A stretch of 64,000 nucleotides of DNA, taken from contig CAVWTH010000011.1 of assembly GCA_963757675.1 (NCBI GenBank), positions 69,682-133,681 on the forward strand. Reading direction: 5' to 3'. The position numbers were made by a program, and so were the translations under genes. This DNA is from an uncultured Verrucomicrobiae bacterium (GTDB lineage Bacteria; Verrucomicrobiota; Verrucomicrobiia; Chthoniobacterales; UBA10450). Below are positions 31,492 to 41,656 of the stretch, piece by piece. Numbering within the stretch: the stretch's first letter is position 1; every line of letters starts with the position of its first letter. The notes beneath the pieces are model-generated. The model was not told the origin of the DNA, searched no databases, and was given only the letters and a program-made list of their open reading frames with translations.

Positions 31492-31570
31492 CAAATCCCA
31501 AATTCCAAATCCAAAATTCCAATGTCTCGAGTCTTACAGTTTGGGTTTTGGAGCTTGGGATTTGGGATTT
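31492..31570. repeat. long imperfect inverted repeat of CCAAAT-like oligomers in the tRNA-His/tRNA-Arg spacer
   Basis: AAATCCCAAAT..CCAAAA..ctcgag..TTTTGG..ATTTGGGATTT. The outer stem is 11 bp and perfect. Confidence 0.7.
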
Positions 31571-31578
31571 TTGATTGT

Positions 31579-31652
31579 GTGCCTGTAGCTCAACTGGATA
31601 GAGCTTCTGACTTCGGATCAGAAGGTTGGGGGTTCGAATCCCTCCAGGCACG
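31579..31652 (+). tRNA. tRNA-Arg (anticodon TCG)
   Basis: GTGCCTG-TA-GCTC-AACTGGATA-GAGC-T-TCTGA-CTTCGGA-TCAGA-AGGTT-GGGGG-TTCGAAT-CCCTC-CAGGCAC-G. Confidence 0.92.
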
Positions 31653-31690
31653 CGTTTTTGAATGAACCGTTTGTTAGTCTATTCGAAACC

Positions 31691-32722
31691 ATGACGAGAG
31701 ATCCGGACGAAAAGTTCATGCGCGCTGCATTGAAAGAGGCAAAAAAGGCGCGCGGCCGGACGAGTCCGAATCCCGCTGTAGGAGCGGTCCTGGTCATTGA
31801 CGATCAAATAGTGGCGAAAGGACATCATCGCGAAGCAGGACACTCTCATGCTGAGATCGAATGTTTGCGGGATTTCGGTGCCCCGGTTCCGGCGCGGGCG
31901 ATTCTTTACGTAACTCTCGAGCCCTGTTCGACGGCCGGGCGGACTGCGCCGTGCACGGAGGCAATAATCAACGCTCGAATCAGAAACGTAGTCATCGGCG
32001 CGACAGATCGGAATCCGCGCCACTCGGGCAGAGGCATTATCAAATTACGAAATGCGGGGATCACAGTGCGGCAAGGGGTCCTGGCGGATGAGTGCACCCA
32101 GCTCAACGAGGCTTTCAATAAATGGATTGTGACTGGACGGCCTTTCGTGATTGCAAAATGCGGCATGTCTCTCGACGGCCGGTTAACGCGCCGTGCGGGC
32201 GAACCTCGATGGATCACCGAATACGCTGCCCGGCGTGACGCAAATCAGCTTCGCGCATACGTGGACGCGGTGCTCGTTGGAGCGGAAACCGTCCGAGCTG
32301 ATAATCCGCGTTTGACCATCCGCGGCGTGCGCGGGGCACGGCAGCCATGGCGCGTTGTGCTGACCCGCTCAGGCCGATTGCCACGCAAGGCTCGGTTGTT
32401 CTCGGACAGATTTGCCGCGCGAACCTTGATCTATAGACGAAAAGCACTGGCAGCTGTCCTGAAGGATCTCGGCAAACGCGGCATCACCAGCGTGTTGATC
32501 GAGGGTGGCGGCGAAGTCCTCGGTGAGGCGCTCGACAAGCGGCTCATTGACAAAGTGCAGATTTACTTGGGACCGATGTTAACTGGAGGACCCGTAGTCG
32601 CTTTTGCAGGAAAAGGAACGGCCAAAACGGCGGATTCGCTGCGGCTTCGGGACGTTGACTATCAAAAAATTGGGCAAAGTATTTCCGTTAGAGGTTATCC
32701 AAGCCTTTTGCAGGCTCATTAA
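31691..32722 (+). CDS. ribD: bifunctional diaminohydroxyphosphoribosylaminopyrimidine deaminase / 5-amino-6-(5-phosphoribosylamino)uracil reductase
   Basis: FMRAALKEAKKARGRTSPNPAVGAVLV..HAEIECL..VTLEPCSTAGRTAPC..KCGMSLDGR..VLVGAETVRADNPRLT..VLIEGGGEV. ATG at 31691 is preferred over the TTG at 31658. Confidence 0.93.
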   Translation: MTRDPDEKFMRAALKEAKKARGRTSPNPAVGAVLVIDDQIVAKGHHREAGHSHAEIECLRDFGAPVPARAILYVTLEPCSTAGRTAPCTEAIINARIRNVVIGATDRNPRHSGRGIIKLRNAGITVRQGVLADECTQLNEAFNKWIVTGRPFVIAKCGMSLDGRLTRRAGEPRWITEYAARRDANQLRAYVDAVLVGAETVRADNPRLTIRGVRGARQPWRVVLTRSGRLPRKARLFSDRFAARTLIYRRKALAAVLKDLGKRGITSVLIEGGGEVLGEALDKRLIDKVQIYLGPMLTGGPVVAFAGKGTAKTADSLRLRDVDYQKIGQSISVRGYPSLLQAH

Positions 32723-32772
32723 ACGGGCAACTTTTCCCCGGTCTTCCTGTTTAATCACTGGGAGGAAAAATA

Positions 32773-33036
32773 ATGAAGAAGCTTCTGTTGATGGCACTCG
32801 TGGCCGGGGGTTTTATGTTCGCGGGAGTGCCGCCGTCTGATGCTCAAGTTTACTTCAGCATCGGGTTCGGCTTTCCGGGCTACTACGGCTACGGATATTA
32901 CCCATATGGTTACAATTATCCGTACCGGTATTATTACAGGCCGTACTATCGCGGCTATTACAATCGCCCCTATTACCGGTCAGGCGGACGTCGGTATAAC
33001 CGCAATCATTATCCCAACTACTATTACAGGCATTAG
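32773..33036 (+). CDS. small secreted Tyr/Gly/Arg/Pro-rich low-complexity protein
   Basis: Signal peptide MKKLLLMALVAGGFMFAGVPPSDA, then QVYFSIGFGFPGYYGYGYYPYGYNYPYRYYYRPYYRGYYNRPYYRSGGRRYNRNHYPNYYYRH. GGAGG lies 7 nt upstream and a strong terminator follows. Confidence 0.6.
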   Translation: MKKLLLMALVAGGFMFAGVPPSDAQVYFSIGFGFPGYYGYGYYPYGYNYPYRYYYRPYYRGYYNRPYYRSGGRRYNRNHYPNYYYRH

Positions 33037-33056
33037 TTTCTGGGGATAAATCAAAT

Positions 33057-33088
33057 CAAGCTGGCTCGAAATGTTTCGAGCCAGCTTG
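33057..33088. terminator. intrinsic terminator
   Basis: CAAGCTGGCTCGAAA-TG-TTTCGAGCCAGCTTG is a perfect 15-bp stem, followed by a T-rich stretch gtcttttct. Confidence 0.8.
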
Positions 33089-33143
33089 GTCTTTTCTCCC
33101 TCCCAGGCGCAAGAACGCCTCGGGGATTCGAACCAGCGCCGGC

Positions 33144-33743
33144 CTATTTATCCGACTTTGGCGAAGTTGCCGATTTTGCTGCAGGGCTTTTGACTGGCTG
33201 ATCAATCTGGAACTCTTTCTTCAATTGCTGGATCAGCGCGGGAAGTTCCTTTTGCCTCTCAGCTTCGATTTGCTGCCGAAGTGTTTGTTCGACTTTTCGG
33301 CGTTCCTGAATGTAACGGGATTCAAATCGGGCGCGTTCCTGCGGATTCAGTTGAAGACCGGAGTTGCGAACGGCTGCATCTGCCTCGCGGGTAACAGCCT
33401 GCCGACGCATCGTCTCGCGCTGACGCATAAGATTGCGTTGTTCGGGGCTCATCTGCATCCAAAGCTCGGCGTTGCGACGAAAATTTTGACGAGCATCGGG
33501 TGGCATCGCGAGCCACCGTTGCCTTACATTCTGGCCTGCAGGTATCCCATGAGCCTGGCCCGCTGGCGGTCCATGAACCTGGTTTGACGGCGGCCCATGC
33601 GGGACTGCCATAGGCGGCGGCCGGCCAACCGGTGCGCGATGTTGTTGCGCCTGCGCTTGTGCGGCAGCGCAGGACAAGGCGAAAACCGACAAGCCGACGA
33701 ATAATTTACAGCGTTGGCTGTTCTTCCCACACGCTATTTTCAT
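33144..33743 (-). CDS. DUF3106 domain protein (secreted)
   Basis: Signal peptide, then RQRWLAMPPDARQNFRRNAELWMQMSPEQRNLMRQRE..LNPQERARFESRY repeats. Confidence 0.7.
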   Translation of the reverse strand: MKIACGKNSQRCKLFVGLSVFALSCAAAQAQAQQHRAPVGRPPPMAVPHGPPSNQVHGPPAGQAHGIPAGQNVRQRWLAMPPDARQNFRRNAELWMQMSPEQRNLMRQRETMRRQAVTREADAAVRNSGLQLNPQERARFESRYIQERRKVEQTLRQQIEAERQKELPALIQQLKKEFQIDQPVKSPAAKSATSPKSDK

Positions 33744-34065
33744 CCCAGGCGATCAATGCATCCAGATCAGCCACGACGTCATAATCTTGTGGATCGATTT
33801 TAGCCACTACATCTGAGTCACTCGAAGACGCTGTCTGCGGACCTGGATGTGTGACAAGAGCAAGACCAATTACGAGCGCTGCTACAGCCGACGCTCCAAT
33901 GAGCCTCCATACGCCGAACCAGTTCCGCACCCGCTCGAAATGAGTCGGTTCCTGCCTAACTCTTCTCAGGACATTCCGGCCGAAAAACGGCGAAAGCGTG
34001 GGCTGCGGAAGCCGCCCGAGAAAATCCCATAGCTCCTTGTCATCTTGAGGTTCCATGTTGTCCAT
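33706..34065 (-). CDS. small single-pass membrane protein (anti-sigma-like organisation)
   Basis: MDNMEPQDDKELWDFLGRLPQP..NWFGVWRLIGASAVAALVIGLALV (TM) ..DPQDYDVVADLDALI. The upstream part of ORF 33706..34275 overlaps the rpoD 3' end and is discarded. A TTG start at about 34083 is also possible. Confidence 0.45.
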   Translation of the reverse strand: MDNMEPQDDKELWDFLGRLPQPTLSPFFGRNVLRRVRQEPTHFERVRNWFGVWRLIGASAVAALVIGLALVTHPGPQTASSSDSDVVAKIDPQDYDVVADLDALIAWDENSVWEEQPTL

Positions 34066-34111
34066 CCGATTCAACCATTTCAACGCCTCGAAGTTGCGCT
34101 CGAACGCGGTA

Positions 34112-35806
34112 TCATATTCCGGGTGCCTCCAGGAAACCTTCCAGTTGTCGAATGCGTGTCGGATGGCGCATTTTGCGTAGCGCCTTCGCTTCAATCTGCC
34201 GAATGCGCTCGCGAGTAACCTGGAACTGCCGCCCGACCTCCTCCAAGGTTCGGCTGTAGCCGTCCACGAGGCCAAATCGTTGCTCGAGAACTTGCCGTTC
34301 CCGGTCGGTTAGTGTTTCCAAGACATCTTTGATCTTTTCTTTCAGCAAAACGATGGCCGTCATGTCGCTGGGGTTTTCGGCGCCTCTGTCCTCAATGAAA
34401 TCGCCAAAGTTGGTTTCTTCGCTCTCGCCGACGGGCGACTGAAGCGAGATCGGCTGCTGTGCCATCTTCAGCACCGCCCGCACACGGTCGACTGGCAAGA
34501 GCACTTCTTCAGCCACTTCCTCAGGCGTCGGCTCCCGGCCGTATTCCTGAACGAGCTGTTTTTGCACGCGCAGGAGTTTGTTAATCGTCTCAATCATGTG
34601 GACTGGGATTCGGATAGTGCGCGCCTGATCGGCAATCGAGCGCGTAATAGCCTGGCGAATCCACCAGGTGGCGTAAGTCGAAAACTTGTATCCGCGCCGA
34701 TACTCAAACTTCTCCACCGCTTTCATCAATCCCATGTTTCCTTCCTGGATGAGGTCTAGAAACGACAAACCGCGGTTGGTATATTTCTTCGCGATCGAAA
34801 TAACGAGACGAAGGTTGGCCTCGACCATTTCGGTTTTGGCCTTGAACGCCTGACGCAGCCAGTTTTTAAGCGTCCGATATTCGTCCGCGTAATCGGAAAG
34901 CGAAAACCACAGGCTCGTTTCCAGCTCGCGGACTTTGTCCTGAAGCTGCAACCGGCGTTTCTTGCTACGAGGATTTTTAGCCAGCTCGGTCTGAAGATAA
35001 AGTGACGTGTGGTATGCCTCGTCGGCGAGATGCACGAACTCCTCGGTGACCCGCTGCTTGAGATAAAAACGAGGGTAAACCTTTTGCAGAGCAGTCATCG
35101 TTTTTTGTAATGCCCTGCGTTTCTGGGACGTTTTCCTCGAAAAGTCGCGCGCTAGCTCGGAAAATTGCCGGGCGAGGGACGCGCTCAATTGTTCCACCTG
35201 CTTACTCAAGCGCGGCAGGTTTTTCATGTATCTTTCGCGGCTCTCGATTTTTTTATCGAGGATTACGCGATCAAACCGTTCCCTGCCCTCGAGAAGTTTT
35301 CTGGCCAGGTCGAGATGACCGCGCGCAACAAAACCGAACCGAGTGAGATGCTTCTGCACCATCGCTTCAGCCAACTCGATGCGTTTTGAGATTTCGACCT
35401 CCTGGTCGCGGGTTAGCAGCGGCACCTGCCCCATCTGCTTGAGGTACATCCGCACCGGGTCATCCAGAATATCAACTTTGGTTGTCGTTCTGTTTTCTTC
35501 TTCCTCTTCCTCATCATCCACGTCTTTTTTGCCGTCCCGATAGCGGTCCACCTCCGAGGCTTCGATGATATCGATCTCCAGGCGGCGCAGACGGGTGAGA
35601 ATCAAATCTAGTTCGTCCGCATCGGTAATTCCTTCGGGCAACGCCTCGTTCAGATCGTCGAACGTGAGATAGCCTTGTTCTTTTGCCAGCTTGATCAGGT
35701 CCCGAATGCGCGTTTGAACCTCAATCGACGAGTACAGACCAGATACTCCCAGTGCCGGCACGGACAGCGGCCCGTTCTTTTTAGGCCGAAGCGAGGAAGA
35801 TTTCAT
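34112..35806 (-). CDS. rpoD: RNA polymerase sigma factor RpoD (sigma-70)
   Basis: [114 protein letters not shown]. Start set at MKSSSLRP (35806). The longer ORF to 36076 would overlap dnaG. Confidence 0.95.
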   Translation of the reverse strand: MKSSSLRPKKNGPLSVPALGVSGLYSSIEVQTRIRDLIKLAKEQGYLTFDDLNEALPEGITDADELDLILTRLRRLEIDIIEASEVDRYRDGKKDVDDEEEEEENRTTTKVDILDDPVRMYLKQMGQVPLLTRDQEVEISKRIELAEAMVQKHLTRFGFVARGHLDLARKLLEGRERFDRVILDKKIESRERYMKNLPRLSKQVEQLSASLARQFSELARDFSRKTSQKRRALQKTMTALQKVYPRFYLKQRVTEEFVHLADEAYHTSLYLQTELAKNPRSKKRRLQLQDKVRELETSLWFSLSDYADEYRTLKNWLRQAFKAKTEMVEANLRLVISIAKKYTNRGLSFLDLIQEGNMGLMKAVEKFEYRRGYKFSTYATWWIRQAITRSIADQARTIRIPVHMIETINKLLRVQKQLVQEYGREPTPEEVAEEVLLPVDRVRAVLKMAQQPISLQSPVGESEETNFGDFIEDRGAENPSDMTAIVLLKEKIKDVLETLTDRERQVLEQRFGLVDGYSRTLEEVGRQFQVTRERIRQIEAKALRKMRHPTRIRQLEGFLEAPGI

Positions 35807-35903
35807 GCGCGCACCCTTAAGTCCATTAGGTCGCGGGTGCTTGTTGAGATTTCCACGCGCATTTAAACGCCTCTTCGAGTGGCCGCGGCGGTGGTTATTT
35901 TTG

Positions 35904-35931
35904 AGCCGGCGCGACGACGACCGTCGGCTAC
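35904..35931 (-). repeat. single GTAG REP in the dnaG-rpoD spacer
   Basis: Reverse complement is GTAGCCGACG-GTCGTCGTCG-CGCCGGCT, an 8-bp stem with one mismatch. Confidence 0.5.
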
Positions 35932-36017
35932 CCCCCCTTCGTTTCGAATGCCTGGCCAAGTTTGTTCGGTTAAGGATTTGGACTAAGGCCTTCGGCCTGC
36001 CACGCGGCAGTTGACGA

Positions 36018-37823
36018 CTAAATGTCGGTCCGGCCGGCGGGTCGGGAAAACTCGTGGAGCTGTTCCTGCAGGTCAAGAATTTGTTTCTGCAAATTTACGA
36101 CCTCACCCGCAGTCAAATTTGGCAGCCTCATTTTGTTCTTAAGCGCTTCTAATTCTCGTTCGACAGGTTCTGCCGTCAGACTCCGCCACCATTGATAAGC
36201 CAGACCTCGATCAGTATAAGGAATTTTTTTTGGTGAAATCCAACTCGACACGACAGCCTCCTCTTCTGGTTCCAGTGAAGCCAAAAACGAAGCGATGGTG
36301 GCAGGGTCTTCTGGTCGCACATCCGCACTAAGTATGCGGCACAGCAACTCGGTACCTGGCGTTTTCACTAACATTTGCCGCCAAGGTTGCGCCAGCAAGA
36401 AGTTGCGCACTTCTGAGTCCCGAAGCCCGAGAATGCAGAGTTGCTTAATCTTTTGCGGTGAGGCAACAGGTTGGATATCGCGCTGGACCGATTCAGTTGA
36501 TCGCGTCGAAACCCTGGGCATAAGGTTTTTTAAGTCAGTCGCTGGCAAGTCGAAACGTGCGGCGGCCTTGTAGATGACCTCGTTTCGCATTGGGTCGCTT
36601 CCAATACGGCTAATCAACTCTGCAGTCCTTCGCGCCGCCTGGATCTTCGCTCCTGAGGAAGAAAGATCGACATTGGCCGCCTCTCGCTCAGTCCAGTAAT
36701 CGAAGAAATCGCGCGCGTTCGCGACGCGTTTTTCGAATTGCTCCCTTCCCTCCCGGCGAATAAGCGAATCCGGGTCTTCGCCCTTCGGCAGCTCGACGAC
36801 GCGGATAATAAAGTCGTTCTGTAGCAACGCATCGAGCGAACGCTCGGCCGCTTTTGCGCCCGCCGCGTCCGAGTCGAAACACAGAACCACTTCATCAACA
36901 AACCTCCTAAGAATCCTCGCCTGATTTTCCGTGAACGCAGTTCCCTGTGGCGCAACGACATTCCTGATCCCCGCCTCAAACAAGGTAATCAAATCAAGTT
37001 GGCCTTCGCAGACGATCGCACAATTCGCTTCGATCAGTGACCGCTTGGACTTATGCAACCCAAAAAGCACATTGCCCTTTCGGAAAAGCGGCGTCTCGGG
37101 TGAGTTCAGATATTTCGCCGCGCCTTCCTCGTCTTTCACCAGCCGACCGCTGAACGCGATCACTTCGCCAATATCGTTGCAAATTGGAAACATAACCCGG
37201 CCGCGGAAGCGATCGTACGCGTTCTGGCGTCCCTGTACGTCGCTTTCATCCCTCGTTTTGAGTAGCCCGCTGGCTAGCAGATCGCGTTGCTCGAACCCTT
37301 GCGCGCGCGCCCAGTTGCCAAACGCGTCCCATTCATCCGGCGCATAACCAAGCTGCCACCGTTTCGCAATTTCTCCGGTAATTCCCCGGCGCTTTAAATA
37401 TCTCCGCGCGGATTCTCCGACTTCGCTCTTTATTAGATTTTCATGGAACCATTCCGTGGCTTCGGCATGTAATTTTAGTAACTTCCGGCGTGTCTCGTGT
37501 TGTCGGTCTTCTTCTGCCGCGCCACGTGTTTCGACTATAGTGATACCGGCGCGCGCCCCGAGCTTGCGCACGGCTGATGGAAAATCGACGTGCTCGTAAT
37601 CCATTACGAACCGGAAAACACTCCCGCCGACGCCGCAGCCGAAGCAATGAAAGGTCTGCCGACTCGGGCTCACCATGAACGAAGGCGTCTTTTCCTGATG
37701 AAACGGGCAGAGGGCCTTGAAATTCGCTCCGGCGCGTTTCAGGGGAAAATACGAACCGATCACTTCGACGATGTCATTCGCAGCAGCGATTTGTTCGATT
37801 GTTTCTGAAGGGATCGTTCCCAT
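36018..37823 (-). CDS. dnaG: DNA primase
   Basis: [35 protein letters not shown] (zinc ribbon) ..[22 protein letters not shown] (Toprim). Confidence 0.95.
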   Translation of the reverse strand: MGTIPSETIEQIAAANDIVEVIGSYFPLKRAGANFKALCPFHQEKTPSFMVSPSRQTFHCFGCGVGGSVFRFVMDYEHVDFPSAVRKLGARAGITIVETRGAAEEDRQHETRRKLLKLHAEATEWFHENLIKSEVGESARRYLKRRGITGEIAKRWQLGYAPDEWDAFGNWARAQGFEQRDLLASGLLKTRDESDVQGRQNAYDRFRGRVMFPICNDIGEVIAFSGRLVKDEEGAAKYLNSPETPLFRKGNVLFGLHKSKRSLIEANCAIVCEGQLDLITLFEAGIRNVVAPQGTAFTENQARILRRFVDEVVLCFDSDAAGAKAAERSLDALLQNDFIIRVVELPKGEDPDSLIRREGREQFEKRVANARDFFDYWTEREAANVDLSSSGAKIQAARRTAELISRIGSDPMRNEVIYKAAARFDLPATDLKNLMPRVSTRSTESVQRDIQPVASPQKIKQLCILGLRDSEVRNFLLAQPWRQMLVKTPGTELLCRILSADVRPEDPATIASFLASLEPEEEAVVSSWISPKKIPYTDRGLAYQWWRSLTAEPVERELEALKNKMRLPNLTAGEVVNLQKQILDLQEQLHEFSRPAGRTDI

Positions 37824-38005
37824 GCGCGCCTGCTTATTTTTGCCTCGTTTGGGATCTAAAGCGATGGCAAACTTACGCAGTGCGGCTGCGTTTCAACGTC
37901 AGGAGCAATGATCGGTCAGTCATCCCAAGCGAAGGCGAGGGACCCCGTGGCACTATCTTAAAGCACCGCCACGGCATTCCTCCATTTCGGTTCGCTTCGT
38001 TCACA

Positions 38006-39400
38006 ATGACAGCAGTGTGTTCGCTCGTGCTATCCTTGCTCACTGTCGTTCCGGCCGATGCACGTGAGACAATTCATAAAGGCGATGTCGTTGTGGTGCC
38101 GTTGCATGGTGAAGTTGCGCCCTCACTACTGGCATTCCTGCGGCGCGCGGTAAAGACGGCCGAGAACAACGAGGCTTCCGCGATCGTGCTTGACCTGGAC
38201 ACCTACGGCGGTCGCCTCGACACAGCGACCGACATTGTAAATGCGCTGAATCAAATCAACATCCCGACCTACACGTTTATCGATACGAACGCAGGATCGG
38301 CTGGCGCGTTGATCGCTATTGCCACGGAACATATTTACATGGCGCCGGTGAGCGCAATTGGCGCGGCTGCACCGATCCTTTCGACGGGCGAAGATCTTCC
38401 TGCCACGGCAAAGGAAAAAACTATCTCGTATTGGTCTGCACTCATCCGCGGATCGGCAATCAAGAACGGCCACAATCCCGACCTCGCCGAGGCCTTCATG
38501 AACAAAGACAAGGAAGTAAAAATCGGTAACCGCGTCGTCCATCCAAAAGGCGCGATTCTCACTATCAATGCGCCGGAAGCCACTGAAAAGATCAACGGCA
38601 AACCCTTACTCGCAGAAGCGATTGCCAATTCGATTTCTGATTTGACCAAAAAAGCCGGATTGAAAGGGAAGATTGTCAGGATTGAGCCAACTGGGTTCGA
38701 GCAGATTGCCTTTTGGATCACTGCGCTTGCGCCGTTGCTGTTGCTCGGCGGAATTCTCGGTGCGTATTTGGAATTCAAGATTCCTGGAGCAACTTTGCCG
38801 GGCGTTATCTCTGCGATTTGTTTCGCGCTTTTTTTCTTTGGCCATTATCTCGCGGGGCTCGCTGGCTGGGAGGTCGTCGCGCTTTTCGTTCTTGGAGTGG
38901 TTCTTGTGCTGATCGAGATATTTTTCTTCGCGCACAGCACAATAGTGTTCGGCATGGTCGGCGTGTTTCTTATGATCGCGTCGCTTCTCTGGACAATGAT
39001 TGATCGTTACCCACAGCAACCGTTCTTACCGACCGGCAAAATGCTAGCGATCCCATTACTCAACATGTTGATCGCAGTTGTGGGAGCATCCATCGTGATC
39101 GCCCTCCTCGCACGTTACCTTCCGCGCACCAGCTTTTACCGGCGATTTGCCTTGATCGATTCAAATCCGTCCGGCACATCGCTGGCAGGCGAGCCGCGAC
39201 ACTTCGCAACCGCACTCGCAATCGCGCCCGGAACGCACGGCACGGCAGTTACCGTGTTACGACCCAGCGGGAAAGCGCGCTTCGCCGACCACCTCGTCGA
39301 TGTCGTCACTGAAGGCGAATTCATTGCCCCGCTAACCCCCGTCACTGTCATCCAAACTGACGGGATGCGCGTGGTAGTGAAAAGCAGTACGTCGGTCTGA
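38006..39400 (+). CDS. NfeD-family membrane-bound ClpP-class serine protease
   Basis: VVVPLHGEVAPSLLAFLRRAV..AIVLDLDTYGGRLD..AGSAGALIAIA..IYMAP, then TM helices and a C-terminal OB-like tail. ATG at 38006. Confidence 0.8.
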   Translation: MTAVCSLVLSLLTVVPADARETIHKGDVVVVPLHGEVAPSLLAFLRRAVKTAENNEASAIVLDLDTYGGRLDTATDIVNALNQINIPTYTFIDTNAGSAGALIAIATEHIYMAPVSAIGAAAPILSTGEDLPATAKEKTISYWSALIRGSAIKNGHNPDLAEAFMNKDKEVKIGNRVVHPKGAILTINAPEATEKINGKPLLAEAIANSISDLTKKAGLKGKIVRIEPTGFEQIAFWITALAPLLLLGGILGAYLEFKIPGATLPGVISAICFALFFFGHYLAGLAGWEVVALFVLGVVLVLIEIFFFAHSTIVFGMVGVFLMIASLLWTMIDRYPQQPFLPTGKMLAIPLLNMLIAVVGASIVIALLARYLPRTSFYRRFALIDSNPSGTSLAGEPRHFATALAIAPGTHGTAVTVLRPSGKARFADHLVDVVTEGEFIAPLTPVTVIQTDGMRVVVKSSTSV

Positions 39401-39410
39401 TCGACTTTGT

Positions 39411-39611
39411 TTATCCGCCAGCGACGACGCGGATGAATTCGATGCGGTCACCCTCTGCAAGCGAGCGTCCTGCCCATTCGTAGCGATGAACGGCGAGCCC
39501 GTTGTGTTCCACCAGAATCGACTGCGGCGGCAATTGATAACGATCGACAAGCTCCGCGATCGTTCTTGCTTCGCGCGAATCCGCTGTTTCGCCGTTGAGT
39601 GAAATCGTCAT
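39411..39611 (-). CDS. thiS: sulfur carrier protein ThiS
   Basis: MTISLNGE..VEHNGLAV.R..W....L.EGDRIEFIRVVAGG*, with the C-terminal GG. Lies directly after thiH. Confidence 0.88.
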   Translation of the reverse strand: MTISLNGETADSREARTIAELVDRYQLPPQSILVEHNGLAVHRYEWAGRSLAEGDRIEFIRVVAGG

Positions 39612-39613
39612 GC

Positions 39614-40732
39614 TTAGCAAAGGGCCCGGTCCCAATCCTTCCAAACCGGTTCGATACCGCAACTGCGAAGGGTGGCGGCGATCTCGGTAGGTGAACGCTC
39701 ATCACTGATCTCGAACTGGCCGGTCGCGAGTTGATCTTCACCGTGCTGATATTCCGGTGCGACAATGCGACCGCGGACAGTATGATGGAGATGTTCGCGT
39801 CCCTGGCGGGTGTAACCGCCTGGCTCGGTGTGGCTGCCTGCGCTCATCATTGTTACTCCGATTGAGGCCAGTGCATCGCGCAGCGGCGCGCGCTCGCGCG
39901 TGCTGAGCACTATCCCAACCTGCGGGAATGTAATTCGTAACGCGCACACCAATTGCACAACTTCGCGGTCACTCATCGCAAAGAGCGGACGGAATCCGCC
40001 GGCTGCCGGGCGCAACCGCGGCACGCTGACGGTAATTTGCGCCTGCCAGCAGTGTCTGAATAAATGTTCCAAGTGCGCGACGAGCGCAATCACTTCATCC
40101 TGCCAGCGCGACAACCCGATCAGCGCGCCGATGCCGAGTCGGCGAAAACCGGCGGCGTATGCTCGCTCGGCGCAATCGAGCCGATAATTAAAATCGCGTT
40201 TCGGCCCAGCGGTGTGCATTTCCGCATAGATGCCGCGGTTATACGTTTCCTGATAAACGACAAGGCCTTCCGCGCCAGCCTCAACGACGGCCACGTAATC
40301 CCCGGTATCCATCGGACCAACCTCGATCGAAATCGAAGAAAAATCGGGTGCGAGAGCGCGCACACATTCGGCAAGATAATTGCCACTCACAAATTTTGGG
40401 TGCTCGCCCGCAACCAGAAGGATCTGGCGAAAGCCCTGACGCGCCAGATGCTGCGCTTCAGCAATGACTTCATCGACACCAAGCGTGACGCGCAGTATCG
40501 GATTGTCCCGCGAGAAACCGCAATATTGACAATTGTTGATGCATTCGTTGGAGAGATATAACGGTGCGAACAGACGCATCGTGCGCCCAAAATTTTGCAG
40601 TGTGAGCGCGCGGGAACTTTGCGCCATCGCTTCCATTTCCTGATCGGACTTTGGGGCGATTAGTTGTTCGAACCGCTGAACCAGCTCTGATTTTTTCAGA
40701 GCTAAATTGTTCAATGTCTGGACGAATGACAT
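39614..40732 (-). CDS. thiH: 2-iminoacetate synthase ThiH (radical SAM)
   Basis: FAPLYLSNECINNCQYCGF (CxxxCxxC) ..ILLVAGEHP. Adjacent to thiS. ORF extends to 40753. Confidence 0.85.
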   Translation of the reverse strand: MSFVQTLNNLALKKSELVQRFEQLIAPKSDQEMEAMAQSSRALTLQNFGRTMRLFAPLYLSNECINNCQYCGFSRDNPILRVTLGVDEVIAEAQHLARQGFRQILLVAGEHPKFVSGNYLAECVRALAPDFSSISIEVGPMDTGDYVAVVEAGAEGLVVYQETYNRGIYAEMHTAGPKRDFNYRLDCAERAYAAGFRRLGIGALIGLSRWQDEVIALVAHLEHLFRHCWQAQITVSVPRLRPAAGGFRPLFAMSDREVVQLVCALRITFPQVGIVLSTRERAPLRDALASIGVTMMSAGSHTEPGGYTRQGREHLHHTVRGRIVAPEYQHGEDQLATGQFEISDERSPTEIAATLRSCGIEPVWKDWDRALC

Positions 40733-40814
40733 CAGGATAATTTCATAGCGCATCCAGCGTGCGCAAACGGCAATTCGCGGACCACGCGCAGTCTGAAATA
40801 TGCCGCGTGATGTG

Positions 40815-41519
40815 TTAAAAGGCGAAATTCACGCCGGTGCGAACCATGCCGAAGTTGTTATTCGGCCCATCCACAAAGTTCCAGCTGAAATCGCTCACCC
40901 AGCCGATATGTGGCGTAAGACGGATTTCAAGGCCGCCCCCGACTTGGCCGAGCGCCTCGGTTTGGGCTCCTGTAAAGCCCTCTGTCTGGACAATGTCAAA
41001 GCCTTCTCCGGGTTCAACGACGCGTACATTTTTTGAGCGCTGGCCGCCACCAAAAATCGCTCCGCCGCCTCCGAAAATGTATGGCGAGAAACGGCTGCAA
41101 GGAATTGGGTAACGCAGAGTGAATGTCCCCAACATAGCTCCAATGGTGTTGGTCGAACGGCCGGTGTTACTCTCAAAAATGCCGTCGCTAAAATCGGCAA
41201 AGATACTTTCGCGAGCCTGTCTGGCACTCGCCGCCCAACCTTCAATTCCCACACCGAAATAACGCATGAAGAAATATTTGATTTCTCCGCCACCGCCCCA
41301 AGCGTGATCGGCTTCAATGTAGCGATCATTCGCCCAATTGGTTCCGGTGAAAATGTAGGTGCCCCAAAGGCTCACATTGAACTCGTTATTTGCGTACCAC
41401 TCCGGGCACGGCGGCGGGGCAGCTACCTGCTTCATTTCCTTGCCTGAATAGCCGGTACCACCAGAAGCCGCCGAAGCAAATAAACCGATCCCGATCAGCC
41501 ACGACAGCAGCTTTTTCAT
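40815..41519 (-). CDS. outer-membrane beta-barrel protein
   Basis: Signal peptide MKKLLSWLIGIGLFASAASG, alternating beta-strand pattern, C-terminal ..GVNFAF. ATG at 41519. Confidence 0.7.
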   Translation of the reverse strand: MKKLLSWLIGIGLFASAASGGTGYSGKEMKQVAAPPPCPEWYANNEFNVSLWGTYIFTGTNWANDRYIEADHAWGGGGEIKYFFMRYFGVGIEGWAASARQARESIFADFSDGIFESNTGRSTNTIGAMLGTFTLRYPIPCSRFSPYIFGGGGAIFGGGQRSKNVRVVEPGEGFDIVQTEGFTGAQTEALGQVGGGLEIRLTPHIGWVSDFSWNFVDGPNNNFGMVRTGVNFAF

Positions 41520-41656
41520 GTGTCTCTCCTTTTGGTTAAGTCCCCTCCAAATTTCGTACGCCCCAGTCGGTAAACGACTTCCGTGCTGTGTTTGGATGCT
41601 GTGATTGTGAGCCGGGCACCAGAAATTGCAAGCATTTTTGACCACTGCCGACTGGC

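Noticed and set aside
31403-31665. ORFs 31403..31651 (-) and 31426..31665 (+)
   Set aside because: They are translations of tRNA-His, the repeat spacer and tRNA-Arg.
35807-36076. Long N-terminal extension of rpoD (ORF start at 36076)
   Set aside because: The extension would overlap the dnaG 3' end by 59 nt. It is Arg/Ser-rich junk and contains a REP. The internal ATG at 35806 gives a normal sigma-70 N-terminus.
40754-40814. TPP riboswitch expected upstream of thiH-thiS
   Set aside because: Only about 60 nt separate thiH from the preceding gene. I see no CUGAGA or ACCUGAUCUGGAUAAUGCCAGCG-like core.
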